Shown: piece by piece, positions 1-9,012 of the stretch
How positions within the stretch are numbered: position 1 is the stretch's first letter
How the letters are laid out: every line of letters begins with the position of its first letter
From: Terriglobia bacterium
GTDB lineage: Bacteria; Acidobacteriota; Terriglobia; Terriglobales; Acidobacteriaceae
DNA: 64,000 bases
Reading direction: 5' to 3'
Assembly: GCA_963742895.1 (NCBI GenBank)
Contig: CAVUNN010000006.1
Span: forward strand, 9,389 to 73,388
Notes under the pieces: model-generated
Databases searched by the model: none
Seen by the model: only the letters and a program-made list of their open reading frames with translations
Told to the model about the DNA's origin: nothing
Position numbers and translations under genes: made by a program

Positions 1-21
1 CCTGCCGAGGGTATATCGCGC

Positions 22-753
22 ATGATTCGTATCCTGATTGTCGAAGATGAAGTGCATCTCGCGCGCGGACTGCAATTCAACCTGGAGGCAGAGGGATATA
101 CGGTGGAGCTTACGGATAATGGTGAAGCAGCTCTGACCAAGTTGCTATGCGACCATGAACCGTTCGACGCGCTGATCCTCGACGTGATGCTGCCGGGCAA
201 AGATGGGTTCACGGTCGCGAGCGAATTGCGAGCCGCCAAACAATTCATCCCACTCCTGATGCTGACGGCACGAAGCCGTCCTGAGGATGTGCTGAAGGGG
301 TTCGAATCGGGCGCTGATGATTATCTGCCGAAGCCGTTCAATCTGGACATTCTGATAGCGCGGATCGGCAGCTTACTGCGACGCAAGAGCTGGATGGGCC
401 AGCCCAGCGGCGCAGAGAGTCAGCCACAGGCGGCACAGAATGTTTTCAGCTTTCGGGGCAGACAGGTTGATTTCGACAGATTGCAATTGCAGAACGGCAA
501 AGATTCCTTCCAGCTTACGGTTATGGAGTGTGAACTCCTGCGGTACTTGATACGCAACCAGGGGCGCCCAGTCTCGCGACGCGCCATCCTGGAAGATGTG
601 TGGGATCTGAAGGAAGACACAGATACTCGAGCCATCGACAATTTCGTCGTCCGCCTTCGTAGATATATTGAGCCCGATCCAAGCAAGCCCAAACACCTGC
701 TGACAGTTCGGGGAGTCGGATATCAATTTATCGCTGAGCCCGAGGAAACGTAA
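22..753 (+). CDS. OmpR/PhoB-family response regulator (receiver + winged-helix)
   Basis: 243-aa ORF. It has receiver motifs (ILIVEDE, DALILDVMLPGKDG, LPKPF) and a C-terminal winged-helix signature (LT..E..LL.YL, RAIDNFVVRLR, TVRGVGY). No kinase gene lies adjacent. Confidence 0.9.
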   Translation: MIRILIVEDEVHLARGLQFNLEAEGYTVELTDNGEAALTKLLCDHEPFDALILDVMLPGKDGFTVASELRAAKQFIPLLMLTARSRPEDVLKGFESGADDYLPKPFNLDILIARIGSLLRRKSWMGQPSGAESQPQAAQNVFSFRGRQVDFDRLQLQNGKDSFQLTVMECELLRYLIRNQGRPVSRRAILEDVWDLKEDTDTRAIDNFVVRLRRYIEPDPSKPKHLLTVRGVGYQFIAEPEET

Positions 754-878
754 ACCGAATCCAGTGCTGCTCGTCTAGACAAGAGCTGGAAAAGCACATC
801 GGGGATTACGTTTTGTTGGACTTCGTTGTAGCGTTCTTGCAGTCGTGTCTGCGGCGGGCTGTTCGCGAAAATCGATCG

Positions 879-2333
879 ATGATTGCGCGAATTGTAAGCT
901 TGCTGGCGATTGTTGTTCTCTCCAGTTTGCTGCCGGCGCAGGAGAACAGCAGGCCTACCTTTCGTTCCGAAACTACCGTGGTTCTCGTTCCCACGCTGGT
1001 CACCGATGAACACGGCGAAGTTATCTACGGGCTTACGCAAAAAGACTTTGTGATCATGGATAACGGCGTGGAACGAACGGTGTTGATGGACGACACGTTT
1101 TCCAGCAAGCCAGTTTCGTTGGTCCTGGCAGTGCAAACGGGAGGAAGCGCCCCGGCAGTGTTGGGTGGCGGCTGCGCCTTGCTGGGCGAGGCAGAGGAGT
1201 TCAAGCGATCGTCACGCTGCCGCAGCACGCTGCACGAGATTGGGTCGATGCTGGAGACATTCGTGGATGGACCCGGCAGTGAGATGGCGCTCGTCAGCTT
1301 CGATAGCGAGGTGAAATTGCGTCATGAATTTACGGGTGACGCTTCCAAAGTCGACCTATCTCTTGAAGGGCTTCACGCCGGCGATTCAGGAAGCGCGATC
1401 CTGGATGCGATTCACTATTCACTGGATCTGCTTAAACGGCAGCCGGATGGTCATCGGAAAGTTCTCGTGGTGGTAAGCGAGCAGGCGGACGGAGACAGCA
1501 AGACGATCAGTCTCGATGAGGCTGCCAAGCAGATTATCGCGAGTGATGTCGAACTCTACATGATCTCATTCCCGGCTGATGCCAAGGCCAAATTGGAGAG
1601 CGCTGCGAAATTGTTCGGGCCCATGTTGCAACAGGTGGCACTCCGCGAAGAAGTGGCAGGTGGACGGCCGCACGGCATGGGTGGCCATGGCATGGGGGGC
1701 CATGAGATGGATCATGCTGGAGGAACTGGCGCAGGAACGCCTTCATCGGGCGCACCGAGGGCTGGCGGCGCTGGCGGTCACCAGGGCCAGATCGGGGGCG
1801 CTTCGGGTGCTTCCGGGGCATCCTCCGGCGGAACGTCTTCCGGCGCGGATGTGCAAGGGGACAATAGTTTGGGAGACGGTGCGGGCGGTGCCGCGGACGG
1901 AGGTCTGAACGCTGCAAGTAATCCAGGCGTGAGTCCCGGAGATTTGGAGACGAATTCGGGGCACGAATATGGGCTTGGTCCGCGAAACATCAACTTCGGA
2001 GGTCCGATCCTGTCGTTGGTGCGATGGTCGGCTTCACAAATGCACACGAATGTGCCACAGGCAGTCGCTAATCTGACTGGAGGCGAGTACGTTCTGTTTC
2101 ATAATTCACAGGGTTTGGATCAAGCTCTGGGAATGCTCGCCAACCATGCGCACAATCGGTATCAGCTTAGCTTTCAAGTAAAGAACCCATCGCCGGGCCC
2201 GCACACGATTCAGGTTTCGCTACGTGATGGGAGCGGGGCGCTCATATGGGCGAGAGCCGGATACTGGCCGACGGTGAATGCTACGGCGAAGAAAACCAAT
2301 CCAACGAGTGCAGGAAGCCAAAAAGGCGACTAG
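879..2333 (+). CDS. VWA domain protein, acidobacterial VWFA-related type, with a Gly/His/Met-rich insert
   Basis: ORF 813..2333. The likely start is Met23 (MIARIVSLLAIVVLSSLLPAQ signal-like segment). The N-terminal module FRSETTVVLVPTLVTDEHGEVIYGLTQKDFVIMDNG matches, from memory, the acidobacterial VWFA family (TIGR03436-like). The C-terminal GGEYVLF...YQLSF module is shared with the next ORF. Confidence 0.75.
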   Translation: MIARIVSLLAIVVLSSLLPAQENSRPTFRSETTVVLVPTLVTDEHGEVIYGLTQKDFVIMDNGVERTVLMDDTFSSKPVSLVLAVQTGGSAPAVLGGGCALLGEAEEFKRSSRCRSTLHEIGSMLETFVDGPGSEMALVSFDSEVKLRHEFTGDASKVDLSLEGLHAGDSGSAILDAIHYSLDLLKRQPDGHRKVLVVVSEQADGDSKTISLDEAAKQIIASDVELYMISFPADAKAKLESAAKLFGPMLQQVALREEVAGGRPHGMGGHGMGGHEMDHAGGTGAGTPSSGAPRAGGAGGHQGQIGGASGASGASSGGTSSGADVQGDNSLGDGAGGAADGGLNAASNPGVSPGDLETNSGHEYGLGPRNINFGGPILSLVRWSASQMHTNVPQAVANLTGGEYVLFHNSQGLDQALGMLANHAHNRYQLSFQVKNPSPGPHTIQVSLRDGSGALIWARAGYWPTVNATAKKTNPTSAGSQKGD

Positions 2334-2369
2334 GGCTTAGGCAAAAGCAAAGTCCCACCATCCTCGTCT

Positions 2370-3428
2370 ATGATTGAGGAAGAGGGATGCGTGGGCTCTG
2401 TTTCGATCAGAAAAGTTTTCCGGCCTCTATATCTGGGATATCTGGTTTTCGCGATCTTTTTGGCGGCTGCGCCTGCGTTCGCCCAGGAAATCACCATCCG
2501 CAGCAATTCCACTGTAGTCCTGGTTCCGACATTGGTGACCGACTCGGCAGGAAAGCCCGTGTACGGGCTTCGGGCCGAAGATTTCATCGTCGAAGACAAC
2601 GGAATTGTGCAGCCAGTCCGTATCGACGAGACGCTGGAGACGCAGCCAATTTCCCTGATGCTCGCCATTGAGAAGTCGCAAGATGCAAGCGCAGCCCTGG
2701 AGAGGATTCAACGCCTTGGCAGCCTGATCGATCCGATTATCGGTGATGGGAAGGGCGAAGTTGCGGTTGTGACCTTCGATAGCGAGCCGAAGCTGGTGCA
2801 GGACTTTACTCCCGACAGCGGACAGGTGACAAAAGTATTAAAGAGTCTGAAAGCCAGTGGGGGCGACGCGGCGATTTTGGACACAATCAGTTTTTGTGCG
2901 AGACGGCTGGCGACGCGCCCTAAGAATCACCGAAAGATTCTGCTGATCATTTCCGAGACCAGGGATCACGGTAGCACGGCTCCGGTTGGGGACGTCATCC
3001 GGCAACTCGAGGCAAGTAATACTATCGTCTACAGCTCAACGTATTCACCGGTCCTCGATTCATTGTGGGCGACTCCGACCAGCAATACTCCCAACTTTTT
3101 AAACCTGTTCAAGCTGCTGGTGGAAGAAGCTAAGGACAACACACCGCAGACTTTGTCGCAGGTCTCAGGAGGGGAATACCTGCCGTTCAAGTCAGAAAAG
3201 GCATTTGAGGACAAGATGACGGAGATCAGCAACCATGTCTTCAATGCTTACCTGCTGAGCTATCAGCCGAAGAATCTGGTGCCGGGACAGCACACGCTGC
3301 AAGTGCGCCTGAAGTTCGCCAGTGACGCGAAGCTCTACACGCGAAGCGGCTACTGGGCTGCGGATTCGGACCAGGCGGAAGGCGTAGTTGCTAAGCCAAT
3401 CGCGCCATCCCCCGGCTATTCGCACTGA
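2370..3428 (+). CDS. VWA domain protein, paralogue of the preceding gene
   Basis: 352-aa ORF with the same architecture: hydrophobic N-terminus, IRSNSTVVLVPTLVTDSAGKPVYGLRAEDFIVEDNG, a VTFDSEPKL VWA core, and C-terminal SGGEYLPF...YLLSYQP...HTLQV. Confidence 0.75.
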   Translation: MIEEEGCVGSVSIRKVFRPLYLGYLVFAIFLAAAPAFAQEITIRSNSTVVLVPTLVTDSAGKPVYGLRAEDFIVEDNGIVQPVRIDETLETQPISLMLAIEKSQDASAALERIQRLGSLIDPIIGDGKGEVAVVTFDSEPKLVQDFTPDSGQVTKVLKSLKASGGDAAILDTISFCARRLATRPKNHRKILLIISETRDHGSTAPVGDVIRQLEASNTIVYSSTYSPVLDSLWATPTSNTPNFLNLFKLLVEEAKDNTPQTLSQVSGGEYLPFKSEKAFEDKMTEISNHVFNAYLLSYQPKNLVPGQHTLQVRLKFASDAKLYTRSGYWAADSDQAEGVVAKPIAPSPGYSH

Positions 3429-3577
3429 ACGCTCCTCAAAGTGTGTCATCGGAAATGCCGATCCTGAGGTCGAATATAGCCCTGAGGCCCTAATATAAAA
3501 GAACTATATCAATCGTTATGCGACATATGCATCGATTTTTCGAGGCTGCCCATCCAAACTGATGGGGAGGTAGAAAA

Positions 3578-4135
3578 ATGGATGTGGCATACAGAGGAGC
3601 AAACGTAGCTCTACGCAAAAGTACGGACTGGGGCGCCATTTGGGCGGGGGTATTCAGCTTTATGGCAATCTGGTCGGTTTTCGGAGCACTGGGGCTTGCG
3701 ATTTTCGCGAGCAATGCGAGCACAAATGCTGCTCGGCCAATTACCGGCCAAGGATGGGGAATCGCCATCTGGAGCATCGTGCTGACAATTATTGCCATGT
3801 ACGTGGCCGGGCGGGAAACAGGAAGACTGGCTGGAGTTGATAACCGGCATGACGGGATGATCCATGGACTGGTGATGTTTGGCCTGTCAGTAGTCGGCGT
3901 GCTCGTTCTGTTAACGATCGGTGGAAGCGCGATCAACGGCGGAACTGGAGTCGGCGGGAACGTTCACAACGGATACGCCCTCACGATAATGAGTGGATTA
4001 GGCTGGGGCGGCTTCTTATCGCTGTTCTTCGGGTGGCTTGCGGCCATGTTTGGCGCGTCGTCGGGAGTAGTCCATAAGGCAATAGACACGGGCCACTTGC
4101 GAGAGATCGATCGAGAAATGCGTCCAGCCGCTTAG
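3578..4135 (+). CDS. Hypothetical Gly-rich polytopic membrane protein
   Basis: 185-aa ORF with about four hydrophobic helices. A GGAGG-like RBS (gggaggtag) lies upstream and a strong terminator follows. No family recognised. Confidence 0.5.
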   Translation: MDVAYRGANVALRKSTDWGAIWAGVFSFMAIWSVFGALGLAIFASNASTNAARPITGQGWGIAIWSIVLTIIAMYVAGRETGRLAGVDNRHDGMIHGLVMFGLSVVGVLVLLTIGGSAINGGTGVGGNVHNGYALTIMSGLGWGGFLSLFFGWLAAMFGASSGVVHKAIDTGHLREIDREMRPAA

Positions 4136-4159
4136 AGTGCCCAACTTGCTGGATTGTAA

Positions 4160-4187
4160 GGCGGTGCTCAGAGCACCGCCTTTTTTT
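4160..4187 (+). terminator. Rho-independent terminator
   Basis: ggcggtgc-tcaga-gcaccgcc stem-loop followed by a T7 run, immediately after the stop at 4135. Confidence 0.65.
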
Positions 4188-4207
4188 CTCAGTCGTAAGA
4201 TGTTCAG

Positions 4208-4609
4208 ATGATCAATGCAACTGCTAGCTGGACTGACCACGATCGTTTTGTAGCTCAGGCTTCGAGCGGGCATGCAATTGTCGTAGATGCCGGAGAGAAG
4301 AAAACTGCTTCGAGTCCCATGGAACTGGTGCTGATTGGGCTGTGCGCCTGCACCGCTTACGATGTGGTGAATATCCTGCGCAAGAAGCGGGAGGAATTTA
4401 CGGCGGTTGAGGTGTTCGCAGAGGGCGAACGCGCACCTCGCCCGCCGGCGGTGTATACGACCATCAAGCTGGTTTATAAGGTGAGGGGCAGTGTTAGCCG
4501 AGAGGCAGTGGAAAGCGCGGTTCGACTATCGGAGGAGAAATATTGCTCGGTAGCAGCGATGCTGAAGAAGACCGCGAAGATCACGTACGACATCGAGCTG
4601 CACGAATAA
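4208..4609 (+). CDS. OsmC/Ohr-family peroxiredoxin-like protein
   Basis: 133 aa. It shows the typical OsmC pattern (SPMELVLIGLCACTAYDVVNILRKKR ... SEEKYCSVAAML) with the two conserved Cys. Confidence 0.8.
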   Translation: MINATASWTDHDRFVAQASSGHAIVVDAGEKKTASSPMELVLIGLCACTAYDVVNILRKKREEFTAVEVFAEGERAPRPPAVYTTIKLVYKVRGSVSREAVESAVRLSEEKYCSVAAMLKKTAKITYDIELHE

Positions 4610-4634
4610 AAGTTGCGCCCATGGGGCGTCTAGA

Positions 4635-4889
4635 TTGATCCAATTTCGCATGGCCGACCGTAAGATCATCGTGTTCACGCAACCGGACTGCCCCCCGTGC
4701 TGGAGTGTCAAAGTCTACCTGGCGGATAAGGGTCTCGAATTCGAAGAGCGGGATGTCACGGAGGATCAGGAAGCGGTTCGCGAGTTGGTAGAGACGTATC
4801 AAAGCCGGTCCACCCCTACCATTGTGATCGGCGAGAACGTTATGATCGGGTTTGATCCAGAAGAACTCGACCAAATTCTTGCCAAATAA
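4635..4889 (+). CDS. Glutaredoxin/NrdH-like small thioredoxin-fold protein
   Basis: 84 aa. It has a CPPC active site (FTQPDCPPCWSVK) and the TPTIVIGE..IGF motif typical of the glutaredoxin fold. Confidence 0.75.
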   Translation: MIQFRMADRKIIVFTQPDCPPCWSVKVYLADKGLEFEERDVTEDQEAVRELVETYQSRSTPTIVIGENVMIGFDPEELDQILAK

Positions 4890-5835
4890 GAGACATCCGA
4901 TTCGCGGATACGTATTCATCGCGGCAGCCACGATGTGCTGGGCGATCTCCGCAACGCTCGGAAGAGCCGTATTTACCGGTCGGCTGCTGGCCAGTGGCGG
5001 CAAAGCCCTCGCCCCGATTGATCCGCTGATTCTTGCGCAAAGCCGGACGACAATTTCCTTCTTAATTCTTGCGCCGGTGCTTCTTCTCTTCCGAGGACGA
5101 GATGCACTGAGCCTGCCGAAACGCGATTGGGTCAAGACCGCGGTTGTCGGGGTGCTCGGCGTAGCGATGTCGAACTACTTTTACTATCTTGCGATCCAGA
5201 AGACGAATGTGGCGACGGCCATCACGTTACAGTACACGGCTCCGATCTGGGTGCTGCTGTATATGGTGGCGCGCGGGGTCCAGAAGCCAACGATGAAGCG
5301 GTTGATCTCGGTTGCATTGGCAATTCTCGGTATTGCGATGGTTGTTGGACTTCTTAGTGCCGGAGGTTTCCGTGTGAATGCGGTCGGGGTTATCGCTGCA
5401 CAGATAGCAGCCGTCACCTTTGCTTTTTACAACGTAGGAGGAGCCGGGCTCGTGGCGCGATATGACCGATGGAAAGTAGTGGCGAACACATTCCTTGGCG
5501 CTGCGCTGTTCTGGATTGTGGTAAATCCGCCTTGGAAGATCGCTGCGGCACACTACTCAGCAGGACAGTGGCTGTTCCTGCTGGTGTTTGCGATGACCTC
5601 GATCCTGATTCCGTTCTCACTCTACTTTGCCGGGTTGCAGCATCTGGATCCGACGCGGGCGATTGTCACCAGCTGCCTTGAGCCGGTCTTTTCGATCCTG
5701 GTTGCGGCGGCGGTATTGGGCGAGATTGTTGGAGCAATGCAGGTTCTCGGAATCGGAATGGTGTTGGCGGCGACAGTGCTGGTCCAAATGCCGGACCAGC
5801 GCGAGAACGCGTTGGTAGTGGAACCGATGGAGTGA
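4852..5835 (+). CDS. EamA/DMT-superfamily transporter (start uncertain)
   Basis: About 10 TM segments and two EamA-like halves (YYLAIQKTNVATAITLQYTAPIWVLL; YFAGLQHLDPTRAIVTSCLEPVFSIL). The ORF overlaps the previous stop, so the true start is probably some codons downstream of 4852. Confidence 0.8.
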   Translation: MIQKNSTKFLPNKRHPIRGYVFIAAATMCWAISATLGRAVFTGRLLASGGKALAPIDPLILAQSRTTISFLILAPVLLLFRGRDALSLPKRDWVKTAVVGVLGVAMSNYFYYLAIQKTNVATAITLQYTAPIWVLLYMVARGVQKPTMKRLISVALAILGIAMVVGLLSAGGFRVNAVGVIAAQIAAVTFAFYNVGGAGLVARYDRWKVVANTFLGAALFWIVVNPPWKIAAAHYSAGQWLFLLVFAMTSILIPFSLYFAGLQHLDPTRAIVTSCLEPVFSILVAAAVLGEIVGAMQVLGIGMVLAATVLVQMPDQRENALVVEPME

Positions 5836-5891
5836 AGAGTGGCGGAGGGGATCCGCTCAGAGCCAATCTTGCACGGGGAGAATCGGCGCTC

Positions 5892-6095
5892 TCAGCCGCC
5901 GAATGGCGTTTTCGAGCATCCCTCTTCCAGGTGCTCGATCACGTACGGGATGGTGGTCTGATATTCAGTGCCTTCGGAGTCGCGATAGTGGAGCACTCCA
6001 TGTTCGTCGAGAACGTAACTATTCACAAGTTGAGAGACGCGGTCAGCATTTGGGGGGAAGAGAGTGATGCGAACAATCTGGGCCATGGATCTCAT
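5892..6095 (-). CDS. Hypothetical small protein
   Basis: 67-aa ORF (likely start MAQIVRITLF...). No recognisable family and no clear RBS. The antisense ORF 5832..6125 looks less protein-like. Confidence 0.3.
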   Translation of the reverse strand: MRSMAQIVRITLFPPNADRVSQLVNSYVLDEHGVLHYRDSEGTEYQTTIPYVIEHLEEGCSKTPFGG

Positions 6096-6242
6096 TGTAG
6101 AGCCCTCGACTCGCGATGGACGTGACTCTCGTCACTGTGTCAGCGGTCGCAACAATATCGTGTCGTGATGGAAAGAGAGCTCCGGGCCGTCATGACCGGG
6201 AGCTCTGGAACGAGACATCCGAGAATCGATGGCGTTGTGCAC

Positions 6243-6548
6243 CTAGGGTTGCGGCGCCTTCGCGGCCAGGATTTCGAGTTTTTCGACTTGCGGAGGCGCT
6301 GCAAAAAGGTCCGCGGCTTTGGCGAACAGTTGCTTTGCAATTTCCCCTGTCAAATGAGCGTTTCTGCCCTTCTCGTCAGCGAAAGTGTCGAAAATGCCAA
6401 ATTTTGCTGGTCCCAGTTTCACTGCGTACCAAGTCGTGGTGCCGGTCTCCTGAAGTGCGAGTGGCCGGGCTGATTTCAAGAAGTCCTCGACTTCCTTTTC
6501 TTTGCCCGGTTTGGCTTGTAGTAACGCTAACAACGCGAGTTGATCCAT
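6243..6548 (-). CDS. Antibiotic-biosynthesis-monooxygenase (ABM/quinol monooxygenase-like) domain protein
   Basis: ORF 6243..6572. An AGGAGGA RBS precedes the internal Met (MDQLALLALLQAKPGKEKEVEDFL...). The sequence fits the ferredoxin-like ABM pattern (TTWYAVKLGPAKFGIFDTFADEKGRNAH). Confidence 0.7.
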   Translation of the reverse strand: MDQLALLALLQAKPGKEKEVEDFLKSARPLALQETGTTTWYAVKLGPAKFGIFDTFADEKGRNAHLTGEIAKQLFAKAADLFAAPPQVEKLEILAAKAPQP

Positions 6549-6755
6549 CGTGTCCTCCTGAAGCGGATTCACTTATTAGATGTCTCTCGAATGCGGAAGT
6601 TACGGGCGGGAAGCAAATGACTATTCGGAGGCACAGGTTAGATATACGGAGGTCTGGCTGATAACATTCCTTTTGCTATTCAGAGCAACCTAGATGGTTT
6701 GCGGGCTTGGCATTTGGTTCGCCTTCACCGCCAGATCGAGAAGGAGCAGGTATTG

Positions 6756-7586
6756 ATGACTACGAGCACGGAGATTGTCTTTGATCGAATGGTGTTTCGG
6801 AACACCGATGCTCACGTCGGCCGGCACATTTCGGTAACCCCGGAGAACAGCGCGAACCAACACCTCAGCTATGGGCGCATTCGATTGAGCCGTGAAGTGT
6901 CATCGGTATCGTTTGCCAACGGCCCGGAGGAGACAGGGTTTCTGGTGCTGTCCGGCGAGGCTCAGGTGAAAGCTGCTGGTCAGAAAATCAAGCTTGGCCA
7001 ATACGACGCGTTATACATTCCACGCGATTCGCAAATCGCCGTGACGACAACAAGTGCGGTGGACATCGCCGAGTTCTCGGCGCCGGTCGATCACGAGTAT
7101 CCATTGCAGTACGTGAATTACGCAGAAATGAGCAAGGATCCCGGATTGAAGTTCGCGGCGGGGCAAGGAACAGGAGCTTCCCGTCACTTGCACATGTCGT
7201 GCGCGAAGAATGTGCAAGCCGGGCGGTTAGTGTTTGGTTGGACATATTCGGATCCCGGAAACTGGACCAGCTGGCCTCCGCACGAGCATGCAGCGATGCT
7301 GGAAGAGATGTATGTCTACTTCAACATGCCAGCTCCCGCCTACGGTCTGCAACTGGTGTACAACAACGCCGAGTATCCTGAACTGGTTGTGCCTGTACGC
7401 GAAGGTGACGCAGTGCTGATGCCTGGCGGGTACCATCCCAATGTCTCTGTGCCGGGACACAAGATCTGCTTTATCTGGGCGATGGCCGCGCATCGGGAAG
7501 TCGAAGACCGCAAGTTTGGAGTGGTGAACGTGCAGCCCGGATTTGACCAAGGCGGCAGCGGCCTGGAAAAGGGAAGAGCTAAGTAA
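6756..7586 (+). CDS. KduI/IolB-family sugar isomerase (5-deoxy-glucuronate isomerase-like)
   Basis: ORF 6699..7586, with an AAGGAG RBS before MTTSTEIV. The GNWTSWPPHEH...LEEMYVYF...GYHP motif resembles IolB (GNWSSYPPHKHD...EE.YYF) more than KduI. It sits in a uronate/KDG context. Confidence 0.7.
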   Translation: MTTSTEIVFDRMVFRNTDAHVGRHISVTPENSANQHLSYGRIRLSREVSSVSFANGPEETGFLVLSGEAQVKAAGQKIKLGQYDALYIPRDSQIAVTTTSAVDIAEFSAPVDHEYPLQYVNYAEMSKDPGLKFAAGQGTGASRHLHMSCAKNVQAGRLVFGWTYSDPGNWTSWPPHEHAAMLEEMYVYFNMPAPAYGLQLVYNNAEYPELVVPVREGDAVLMPGGYHPNVSVPGHKICFIWAMAAHREVEDRKFGVVNVQPGFDQGGSGLEKGRAK

Positions 7587-7599
7587 TTTACGTGATGCT

Positions 7600-8922
7600 A
7601 TGAGTGAGCAGAAGAACAGTTCGACGTCGCCAGTAATGACACGGACTGAGCCGGCGATAACGGTAACTACATCGGCCGTCGGCCATTACCGATGGGTGAT
7701 TTGTGCGCTGCTGTTTTTCGCAACCACCATCAACTACATGGATCGGGCTGTGCTCGGGATCCTGGCGCCCACGCTGCAGAAGACGATTGGCTGGAACGAA
7801 GTGCAGTACGGCTACATCGTCATGGCATTCATGACTGCCTATGCGTTAGGTATTTTGTTCGTGGGACGCTTCATCGATCGTGTGGGGACGCGCAACGGCT
7901 ATGCAGCTTCGGTAGGGCTTTGGAGTCTCTCTGCGATGAGCCATGCGCTGGTCACGTCGGCGCTGGGATTTGGTGTTGTGCGGTTTCTGCTTGGACTGGG
8001 TGAGTCAGGGAACTTTCCTGCGGGAATCAAAAGCGTTGCCGAATGGTTCCCGAAGAAAGAGCGTGCACTCGCAACTGGCATCTTCAATTCGGGATCGAAT
8101 CTTGGTGCCACGGTTGCGCCGATTCTTGTTCCACTCATCGCAGATAAACTCGGCTGGCGCTGGGCGTTTGTGTTCACCGGAGTCTTCAGCGCGACATGGC
8201 TGGTTGTCTGGCTGACGACCTATCGCAAACCCGCGGAGCATCCAAGAGTGTCCGCAGCGGAATTGGCGTACATCAACGCTGATCCTTCGGAGCCTGTGGG
8301 CAAGATTCCATGGTCGCATCTGTTGCCGCATCGTCAGACATGGGCATTCGTGATCGGAAAGTTGATGACCGATCCAGTGTGGTTTTTCATGCTGTTCTGG
8401 TTGCCGAAGTTTTTCAATTCGCGTTATGGATTAACGGCAAGAGAGTTTGCGATTCCACTAATCGTGATCTACAACGCATCTGCGGTGGGGAGCATTGTGG
8501 GCGGATGGCTGCCGGCAAGATTCCTCAAGTCCGGCTGGAGCCTGAACCGATCCCGCAAAGTAGCGATGGCAATCTGCGCGGTGGCATGGTTGCCGATGAT
8601 CTTCATCGGCGAAATTGGGAACCTGTGGATCTCGGTGGCGATGATCAGCTTGGCCGCAGCTGCTCACCAGGGCTGGTCCGCTAATTTGTTCACGCTTGCA
8701 TCGGACATGTTTCCAAGGCGTGCCGTGGGCTCGGTGGTTGGAATCGGCGGCTTCGGCGGAGCGGCGGCGGGGATCGTGGTCTCGCTTTGCGTTGGAATAC
8801 TGCTGCAGTTGACTCGCAACAACTATGTTCCAGTTTTCATGATCGCGGGCTCGGCGTACCTGATTGCGCTACTCATTATTCATGCGCTGGCGCCGAAGCT
8901 CGCTTCCGTCGATATCGACTGA
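7600..8922 (+). CDS. MFS transporter, hexuronate (ExuT)-like
   Basis: ORF 7543..8922. The start is probably MSEQKNS, after the upstream stop. It has 12 TM segments, and ATTINYMDRAVLGILAP and GLGESGNFPAGIK are typical of the ExuT/anion:cation symporter group. Confidence 0.8.
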   Translation: MSEQKNSSTSPVMTRTEPAITVTTSAVGHYRWVICALLFFATTINYMDRAVLGILAPTLQKTIGWNEVQYGYIVMAFMTAYALGILFVGRFIDRVGTRNGYAASVGLWSLSAMSHALVTSALGFGVVRFLLGLGESGNFPAGIKSVAEWFPKKERALATGIFNSGSNLGATVAPILVPLIADKLGWRWAFVFTGVFSATWLVVWLTTYRKPAEHPRVSAAELAYINADPSEPVGKIPWSHLLPHRQTWAFVIGKLMTDPVWFFMLFWLPKFFNSRYGLTAREFAIPLIVIYNASAVGSIVGGWLPARFLKSGWSLNRSRKVAMAICAVAWLPMIFIGEIGNLWISVAMISLAAAAHQGWSANLFTLASDMFPRRAVGSVVGIGGFGGAAAGIVVSLCVGILLQLTRNNYVPVFMIAGSAYLIALLIIHALAPKLASVDID

Positions 8923-9012
8923 CGGGGCGAGGTATTCCACGCCTTCAAGGCGAGTGATTATGATTGCGGACACATTGTGGTGGTTGACGGCGGTTGGATG
9001 GGAAGGTGACGA

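Noticed and set aside
6116-6661. 181-aa plus-strand ORF.
   Set aside because: It is antisense to the ABM monooxygenase gene, which has a clear RBS and family pattern. Its translation is Arg/Cys-rich with no motifs.
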